A stretch of DNA of 64,000 bases from Eledone cirrhosa (lineage: Eukaryota). Both the position numbers and the translations under genes were made by a program. The notes under the pieces are model-generated. The model was not told the DNA's origin, did no database searches, and worked only from the letters and a program-made list of their open reading frames with translations. The stretch lies in the NCBI GenBank assembly GCA_964016885.1, contig OZ024766.1:15624001-15688000 (forward strand). Direction: 5' to 3'. How positions within the stretch are numbered: the stretch's first letter is position 1; each line of letters begins with the position of its first letter. Shown here piece after piece: positions 53,601 to 64,000 of the stretch.

Positions 53601-56600
53601 ACTAATACTAACTACTATACTATACTGTACATTAGATAATGTAGTCCTAGATACACTATATCTGATTGCCACTAATACTAATTACTCTACTGTACATTAG
53701 ACAATGCAGTCCTAGATACACTATGTCTGATAGCCACTAATATTAACTACTGTACTGTACCTTAAATAATGTAGTGCTAGATACACTATGTCTGATAGCC
53801 ACTAATACTAACTACTAAACTTTACATTAGATAATGTAATCCTAGATACACTATGTCTGATAGCCACTAATACTAACTACTATACTGTACATTAGATAAT
53901 GTAGTCCTAGATATATTATGTCTGATAGCCACTAATACTAACTACTATACAGTACATTAGATAATGTAGTCCTAGATAAACTATGTCTAATAGCCACTAA
54001 CAATGAATACTATACTGTACATTAGATAATGTAGTCCTAGATACACTATGTCTGATAGCCAATAATACTAAATACTATACTGTACATTAGATAATGCAGT
54101 CCTAGATATACTATGTCTGATAGCCACTAATACTAACTATACTGTACATTAGACAATGCAATCCTAGATACACTATGTCTGATAGCCACTAATACTAACT
54201 ACTGTACTGTACATTAGATAATATAATCCTAGGTATACCATATCTGATAGCCACTAATAGTAACTACTATACTGTACATTAGATAATATAGTCCTAGGTA
54301 TACTAAATCTGATAGCCACTAATACTAACTACTATACTGTACATTAGATAATATAGTCCTAGGTGTACTATATCTGATAGCCACTAATACTAACTACTAT
54401 ACTATACTGTACATTAGATAATGTAGTCCAAGATACACTATATCTGATTGCCACTAATACTAATTACTCTACTGTACATTAGACAATGCAGTCCTAGATA
54501 CACTATGTCTGATAGCTACTAATATTAACTACTGTACTGTACATTAAATAATGTAGTGCTAGATACACTATGTCTGATAGCCACTAATACTAACTACTAA
54601 ATTTTACATTATATAATGTAATCCTAGATACACTATGTCTGATAGCCACTAATACTAACTACTATACTGTACATTAGATAATGTAGTCCTAGATATACTA
54701 TGTCTGATAGCCACTAATACTAACTACTATACAGTACATTAGATAATGTAGTCCTAGATACACTATATCTGATTGCCACTAATACTAACTACTGTACTGT
54801 ACATTAGACAATGCAGTCCTAGATACACTATGTCTGATAGCCACTAATATTAACTACTGTACTGTACATTAAATAATGTAGTGCTAGATACACTATGTCT
54901 GATAGCCACTAATACTAACTACTAAACTTTACATTAGATAATGTAATCCTAGATAAACTATGTCTGATAGCCACTAATACTAACTACTATACTGTACATT
55001 AGATAATGTAGTCCTAGATACACTATATCTGATTGCCACTAATACTAACTACTGTACTGTACATTAGACAATGCAGTCCTAGATACACTATGTCTGATAG
55101 CCACTAATATTAACTACTGTACTGTACATTAGACAATACAGTCCTAGATACACTATGTCTGATAGCCACTAATACTAACTACTGTACTGTACATTAAATA
55201 ATGTAGTGCTAGATACACTATGTCTGATAGCCACTAATACTAACTACTAAACTTTACATTAGATAATGTAATCCTAGATACACCATGTCTGATAGCCACT
55301 AATACTAACTACTATACTGTACATTAGATAATGTAGTCCTAGATACACTATGTCTGATAGCCACTAATACTAACTACTGTACTGTACATTAGACAATGCA
55401 GTCCTAGATACACTATGTCTGATAGCCACTAATACTAACTACTGTACAGTACATTAAATAATGTAGTGCTAGATACACTATGTCTGATAGCCACTAATAC
55501 TAACTACTATACTATACATTAGATAATGTAGTCCTAGATATACTCTGTCTGATAGCCACTAATACTAACTACTATACTGTACGTTAGATAATGTAGTCCT
55601 AGATACACTATGTCTGATAGCCATTAATACCAACTACTGTACTGTACATTAGATAATGTAGTCCTAGGTATACTATATCAGATAGCCACTAATACTAACT
55701 ACTATACTGTACATTAGATAATGTAGTCCTAGATACACTTTGTCTGATAGCCACTAATACTAACTACTGTACTGTACATAAGATAATATAGTTCTAGGTA
55801 TACTATATCTGATAACCACTAATACTAACTACTGTACTGTACATTAGATAATATAGACCTAGGTATACTATATCTGATAGCCACTAATATTAACTACTAT
55901 ACTGTACATTAGATAATATAGTCCTAGGTATACTATATCTGATAGCCACTAATACTAAATACTATACTGTACATTAGATACTGTAGTCCTAGATACACTA
56001 TGTCTGTAGCCACTAATACTAACTACTGTACATTACATAATGTAGTCCTAGATATACTATGTCTGATAGCCACTGATACTAACTACTATACTGTACATTA
56101 GATAATGTAGTCCTAGATACACTATGTCGTATAGTCACTAATACTAACTACTGTACTGTACATAAATAATGTAGTCCTAGATATACTATGCCTGATAGCC
56201 ACTAATACTAACTATACTGTACATTAGACAATGCAATCCTAGATACACTATGTCTGATAGCCACTAATACTAACTACTGTACTGTACATTAGATAATATA
56301 GTCCTAGGTATACTATATCCGATAGCCACTAATACTAACTACTATACTGTACATAAGATAATATAGTCCTAGATACACTATGTCTGATAGCTACTAATAC
56401 TAACTACTGTACTGTACATTAGACAATGCAGTCCTAGATACACTATGTCTGATGGCCACTAATACTAACTACTGTACTGTACATTAAATAATGTAGTGCT
56501 AGATATACTATGTCTGATAGCCACTAATACTAACTACTATGCAGTACATTAGATAATGTAGTCCTAGATACACTATGTCCAATAGACACTAACACTAAAT

Positions 56601-59600
56601 ACTATACTGTACATTCGATAATGTAGTCCTATATACACTATGTCTGATAGCCACTAATACTAACTACTATACAGTACATTATATAATGTAGTCCTAGATA
56701 CACTATGTCTGATAGCCACAAATACTAACTACTAAACTTTACATTAGATAATGTAATCCTAGATACACAATGTCTGATAGCCACTAATACTAACTACTAT
56801 ACTGTACATTAGATAATGTAGTCCTAGATATACTATGTCTGATAGCCACTAATACTAACTACTATACAGTACATTAGATAATGTAGTCCTAGATACACTA
56901 TGTCTAATAGCCACTAACACTAAATACTATACTGTACATTAGATAATGTAGTCCTAGATACAATATGTCTGATAGCCACTAATACCTACTACTATACAGT
57001 ACATTAGATAATGTAGTCCTAGATACACTATGTCTGATAGCCACTAATACTAACTACTATACTGTACATTAGATAATGTAGTCCTAGATATACTATGTCT
57101 CATAGCCACTAATACTAACTACTATACAGTACATTAGATAATGTAGTCCTAGATACACTATATCTGATTGCCACTAATACTAACTACTGTACTGTACATT
57201 AGACAATGTAGTCCTAGATATACTATGTCTGATAGCCACTAATACTAACTACTGTACTGTACATTAGACAATGTAGTCCTAGATATACTATGTCTGATAG
57301 CCACTAATACTAACTACTATACTGTACATTAGATAATGTAGTCCTAGATACACTATATCTGATTGCCACTAATACTAACTACTGTACTGTACATTAGACA
57401 ATGCAGTCCTAGATACACTATGTCTGATAGCCACTAATATTAACTACTGTACTGTACATTAAATACGGTAGTGCTAGATACACTATGTCTGATAGCCACT
57501 AATGCTAACTACTAAACTTTACATTAGATAATGTAATCCTAGATAAACTATGTCTGATAGCCACTAATACTAACTACTATACTGTACATTAGATAATGTA
57601 GTCCTAGATACACTATGTCTGATAGCCACTAATACTAACTACTGTACTGTACATTAGACAATGCAGTCCTAGATACACTATGTCTGATAGCCACTAATAT
57701 TAACTACTGTACTGTACATTAAATACGGTAGTGCTAGATACACTATGTCTGATAGCCACTAATGCTAACTACTAAACTTTACATTAGATAATGTAATCCT
57801 AGATACACTATGTCTGATAGCCACTAATACTAACTACTATACTGTACATTAGATAATGTAGTCCTAGATATACTATGTCTGATAGCCACTAATACTAACT
57901 ACTATACAGTACATTAGATAATGTAGTCCTAGATACACTATATCTGATTGCCACTAATACTAACTACTGTACTGTACATTAGACAATGTAGTCCTAGATA
58001 TACTATGTCTGACAGCCACTAATACTAACTACTATACTGTACATTAGATAATGTAGTCCTAGATACACTATATCTGATTGCCACTAATACTAACTACTGT
58101 ACTGTACATTAGACAATGCAGTCCTAGATACACTATGTCTGATAGCCACTAATATTAACTACTGTACTGTACATTAGACAATGCAGTCCTAGATACACTA
58201 TGTCTGATAGCCACTAATACTAACTACTGTACTGTACATTAAATAATGTAGTGCTAGATACACTATGTCTGATAGCCACTAATACTAACTACTAAACTTT
58301 ACATTAGATAATGTAATCCTAGATACACTATGTCTGATAGCCACTAATACTAACTACTGTACTGTACATTAGATAATGTAGTCCTAGATACACTATGTCT
58401 GATAGCCACTAATACTAACTACTGTACTGTACATTAGACAATGCAGTCCTAGATACACTATGTCTGATAGCCACTAATACTAACTACTGTACAGTACATT
58501 AAAAGAATGTAGTGCTAGATACACTATGTCTGATAGCCACTAATACTAACTCCTATACTATACATTAGATAATGTAGTCCTAGATATACTCTGTCTGATA
58601 GCCACTAATACTAACTACTATACTGTACGTTAGATAATGTAGTCCTAGATACACTATGTCTGATAGCCATTAATACCAACTACTGTACTGTACATTAGAT
58701 AATGTAGTCCTAGGTATACTATATCAGATAGCCACTAATACTAACTACTATACTGTACATTAGATAATGTAGTCCTAGATACACTATGTCTGATAGCCAC
58801 TAATACTAACTACTGTACTGTACATAAGATAATATAGTTCTAGGTATACTATATCTGATAACCACTAATACTAACTACTGTACTGTACATTAGATAATAT
58901 AGACCTAGGTATACTATATCTGATAGCCACTAATATTAACTACTATACTGTACATTAGATAATATAGTCCTAGGTATACTATATCTGATAGCCACTAATA
59001 CTAAATACTATACTGTACATTAGATACTGTAGTCCTAGATACACTATGTCTGTAGCCACTAATACTAACTACTGTACATTACATAATGTAGTCCTAGATA
59101 TACTATGTCTGATAGCCACTAATACTAACTACTATACTGTATATTAGATAATGTAGTCCTAGATACACTATGTCGTATAGTCACTAATACTAACTACTGT
59201 ACTGTACATTAGATAATGTAGTCCTAGATATACTATGCCTGATAGCCACTAATACTAACTATACTGTACATTAGACAATGCAATCCTAGATACACTATGT
59301 CTGATAGCCACTAATACTAACTACTGTACTGTACATTAGATAATATAGTCCTAGGATTACTATATCTGATAGCCACTAATACTAACTACTATACTGTACA
59401 TAAGATAATATAGTCCTAGGTATACTATATCTGATAGCCACTAATACTAACTACTATACTGTACATTAGATAATATAGTCCTAGGCATACTATATCTGAT
59501 AGCCATTAATACTAACTACTATACTATACTGTACATTAGATAATGTAGTCCTAGATACACTATGTCTGATAGCCACTAATACTAACTAATATACTGTACA

Positions 59601-62600
59601 TTAGATAATGTAGTCCTAGATATACTATGTCTGATAGCCACTAATACTAACTACTATACAGTACATTAGATAATGTAGTCCTAGATACACTATGTCTAAT
59701 AGCCACTAACACTAAATACTATACTGTACATTAGATAATGTAGTCCTAGATATACTATGTCTGATAGCCACTAATACTAACTACTATACAGTACATTAGA
59801 TAATGTAGTCCTAGATACACTATGTCTGATAGCCAATAATACTAAATACTATACTGTACATTAGATAATGCAGTCCTAGATACACTATGTCAGATAGCCA
59901 CTAATACTAACTACTGTACTGTACATTAGACAATGCAATCCTAGATACACTATGTCTGATAGCCACTAATACTAACTACTGTACTGTACATTAGATAATA
60001 TAATCCTAGGTATACTATATCTGATAGCCACTAATAGTAACAACTATACTGTACATTAGATAATATAGTCCTAGGTATACTAAATCTGATAGCCACTAAT
60101 ACTAACTACTATACTGTATATTAGATAATATAGTCCTAGGTGTACTACATCTGATAGCCACTAATACTAACTACTATACTATACTGTACATTAGATAATG
60201 TAGTCCTAGATACACTATATCTGATTGCCACTAATACTAATTACTCTACTGTACATTAGACAATGCAGTCCTAGATACACTATGTCTGATAGCCACTAAT
60301 ATTAACTACTGTACTGTACCTTAAATAATGTAGTGCTAGATACACTATGTCTGATAGCCACTAATACTAACTACTAAACTTTACATTAGATAATGTAATC
60401 CTAGATACACTATGTCTGATAGCCACTAATACTAACTACTATACTGTACATTAGATAATGTAGTCCTAGATATATTATGTCTGATAGCCACTAATACTAA
60501 CTACTATACAGTACATTAGATAATGTAGTCCTAGATACACTATATCTGATTGCCACTAATACTAACTACTCTACTGTACATTAGACAATGTAGTCCTAGA
60601 TATACTATGTCTGATAGCCACTAATACTAACTACTATACTGTACATTAGATAATGTAGTCCTAGATACACTATATCTGATTGCCACTAATACTAACTACT
60701 GTACTGTACATTAGACAATGCAGTCCTAGATACACTATGTCTGATAGCCACTAATATTAACTACTGTACTGTACATTAAATAATGTAGTGCTAGATACAA
60801 TATGTCTGATAGCCACTAATACTAACTACTAAACTTTACATTAGATAATGTAATCCTAGATACACTATGTCTGATAGCCACTAATACTAACTACTATACT
60901 GTACATTAGATAATGTAGTCCTAGATACACTATGTCTGATAGCCACTAATACTAACTACTGTACTGTACATTAGACAATGCAGTCCTATATACACTATGT
61001 CTGATAGCCACCAATACTAACTACTGTACTGTACATTAGACAATGCAGTCCTAGATACACTATGTCTGATAGCCACTAATATTAACTACTATACTGTACA
61101 TTAGATAATATAGTCCTAGGTATACTATATCTGATAGCCACTAATACTAAATACTATACTATACTGTACATTAGATAATGTAGTCCTAGATACACTATGT
61201 CTGATAGCCACTAATACTAACTACTAAACTTTACATTAGATAATGTAATCCTAGATACACTATGTCTGATAGCCACTAATACTAACTACTATACTGTACA
61301 TTAGATAATGTAGTCCTAGATACACTATGTCTGATAGCCACTAATACTAACTACTGTACTGTACATTAGACAATGCAGTCCTAGATACACTATGTCTGAT
61401 AGCCACTAATACTAACTACTGTACTGTACATTAAATAATGTAGTGCTAGATACACTATGTCTGATAGCCACTAATACTAACTACTAAACTTTACATTAGA
61501 TAATGTAATCCTAGATACACTATGTCTGATAGCCACTAATACTAACTACTATACTGTACATTAGATAATGTAGTCCTAGATATACTATGTCTGATAGCCA
61601 CTAATACTAACTACTATACAGTACATTAGATAATGTAGTCCTAGATACACTATGTCTAATAGCCACTAACACTAAATACTATACTGTACATTAGATAATG
61701 TAGTCCTAGATATACTTTGTCTGATAGCCACTAATACTAACTATACTGTACATTAGACAATGCAATCCTAGATACACTATGTCTGATAGCCACTAATACT
61801 AACTACTGTACTGTACATTAGATAATATAATCCTAGGTATACTATATCTGATAACCACTAATAGTAACTACTATACTGTACATTAGATAATATAGTCCTA
61901 GGTATACTAAATCTGATAGCCACTAATACTAACTACTATACTGTACATTAGATAATATAGTCCTAGGTGTACTATATCTGATAGCCACTAATACTAACTA
62001 CTATACTATACTGTACATTAGATAATGTAGTCCTAGATACACTATGTCTGATAGCCACTAATACTAACTACTGTACTGTACCTTAGACAATGCAGTCCTA
62101 GATACACTATGTCTGATAGCCACTAATATTAACTACTGTACTGTACATTAAATAATGTAGTACTAGATACACTATGTCTGATAGCCACTAATACTAACTA
62201 ATAAACTTTACATTAGATAATGTAATCCTAGATATACTATGTCTGATAGCCACTAATACTAACTACTATACTGTACATTAGATAATGTAGTCCTAGACAT
62301 ACTATGTCTGATAGCCACTAATACTAACTACTATACAGTACATTAGATAATGTAGTCCTAGATACACTATGTCTAATAGCCACTAACACTAAATACTATA
62401 CTGTACATTAAATAATGTAGTTCTAGGTACACTATGTCTGATAGCCACTAATACTAACTATTGTACTGTACATTAGATAATGTAGTCCTAGGTACACTAT
62501 GTCTGATAGCCACTAATACTAACTACTGTACTGTACATTTGATAATGTAGTCCTAGATACACTATGTCTGATAGCCACTAATACTAACTACTAAACTTTA

Positions 62601-64000
62601 CATTAGATAATGTAATCCTAGATACACTATGTCTGATAGCCACTAATACTAACTACTATACTGTACATTAGATAATGTAGTCCTAGATACACTATGTCTG
62701 ATAGCCACTAATACTAACTACTGTACTGTACATTAGACAATGCAGTCCTAGATACACTATGTCTGATAGCCACTAATACTAACTACTGTACTGTACATTA
62801 AATAATGTAGTGCTAGATACACTATGTCTGATAGCCACTAATACTAACTACTAAACTTTACATTAGATAATGTAATCCTAGATACACTATGTCTGATAGC
62901 CACTAATACTAACTACTATACTGTACATTAGATAATGTAGTCCTAGATATACTATGTCTGATAGCCACTAATACTAACTACTATACAGTACATTAGATAA
63001 TGTAGTCCTAGATACACTATGTCTAATAGCCACTAACACTAAATACTATACTGTACATTAGATAATGTAGTTCTAGATACACTATGTCTGATAGCCACTA
63101 ATACTAAATACTATACTGTACATTAGATAATGCAGTCCTAGATATACTTTGTCTGATAGCCACTAATACTAACTATACTGTACATTAGACAATGCAATCC
63201 TAGATACACTATGTCTGATAGCCACTAATACTAACTACTGTACTGTACATTAGATAATATAATCCTAGGTATACTATATCTGATAACCACTAATAGTAAC
63301 TACTAAACTGTACATTAGATAATATAGTCCTAGGTATACTAAATCTGATAGCCACTAATACTAACTACTATACTGTACATTAGATAATATAGTCCTAGGT
63401 GTACTATATCTGATAGCCACTAATACTAACTACTATACTATACTGTACATTAGATAATGTAGTCCTAGATACACTATGTCTGATAGCCACTAATACTAAC
63501 TACTGTACTGTACCTTAGACAATGCAGTCCTAGATACACTATGTCTGATAGCCACTAATATTAACTACTGTACTGTACATTAAATAATGTAGTACTAGAT
63601 ACACTATGTCTGATAGCCACTAATACTAACTAATAAACTTTACATTAGATAATGTAATCCTAGATATACTATGTCTGATAGCCACTAATACTAACTACTA
63701 TACTGTACATTAGATAATGTAGTCCTAGACATACTATGTCTGATAGCCACTAATACTAACTACTATACAGTACATTAGATAATGTAGTCCTAGATACACT
63801 ATGTCTAATAGCCACTAACACTAAATACTATACTGTACATTAAATAATGTAGTTCTAGGTACACTATGTCTGATAGCCACTAATACTAACTATTGTACTG
63901 TACATTAGATAATGTAGTCCTAGGTACACTATGTCTGATAGCCACTAATACTAACTACTGTACTGTACATTTGATAATGTAGTTCTAGATACTCTATGTC
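41630..64000. repeat. 65-bp satellite array (>22 kb, ~340 monomers, runs off the window)
   Basis: Consensus gatacactatgtctgatagccactaatactaactactatactgtacattagataatgtagtccta; no ORF called anywhere in it. Confidence 0.98.

Noticed and set aside
41630-64000. CRISPR-like regular array
   Set aside because: There are no unique spacers; the whole 65-bp unit repeats. No cas genes, and the context is eukaryotic.

Overview
Eukaryotic, AT-rich, repeat-dense genomic DNA, most likely a coleoid cephalopod such as Octopus. That assignment is inferred from the KRAB-less tandem C2H2 zinc-finger cluster and the SINE/RTE/Penelope repertoire, and it is not proven. Positions 1-23 kb hold a minus-strand C2H2-ZNF cluster: an 8-finger gene, an intact 15-finger gene, a 3-finger paralogue and a decayed pseudogene. 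The cluster was built by local duplications and is packed with tRNA-derived SINEs (several with clear TSDs) and RTE LINEs. One RTE carries a nested non-coding LTR element with PBS, PPT and TSD. Positions 24-41.6 kb are a transposon pile-up: piggyBac and Tc1-like MITEs, a Merlin/IS1595 transposase fragment, a long-inverted-repeat element, two Penelope-like elements of different clades, and an RTE whose RT carries an embedded PHD-type finger. From 41.6 kb to the end is a 65-bp satellite with nested higher-order duplications. The most notable observations are four. First, several hammerhead ribozyme motifs, including a core-variant minimal hammerhead (CAGUUGA instead of CUGANGA) in both Penelope pseudo-LTRs. 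Second, the PHD-in-RT LINE. Third, the TG...AA non-autonomous LTR element. Fourth, the hierarchical satellite. All coordinates and alignments were read by eye.
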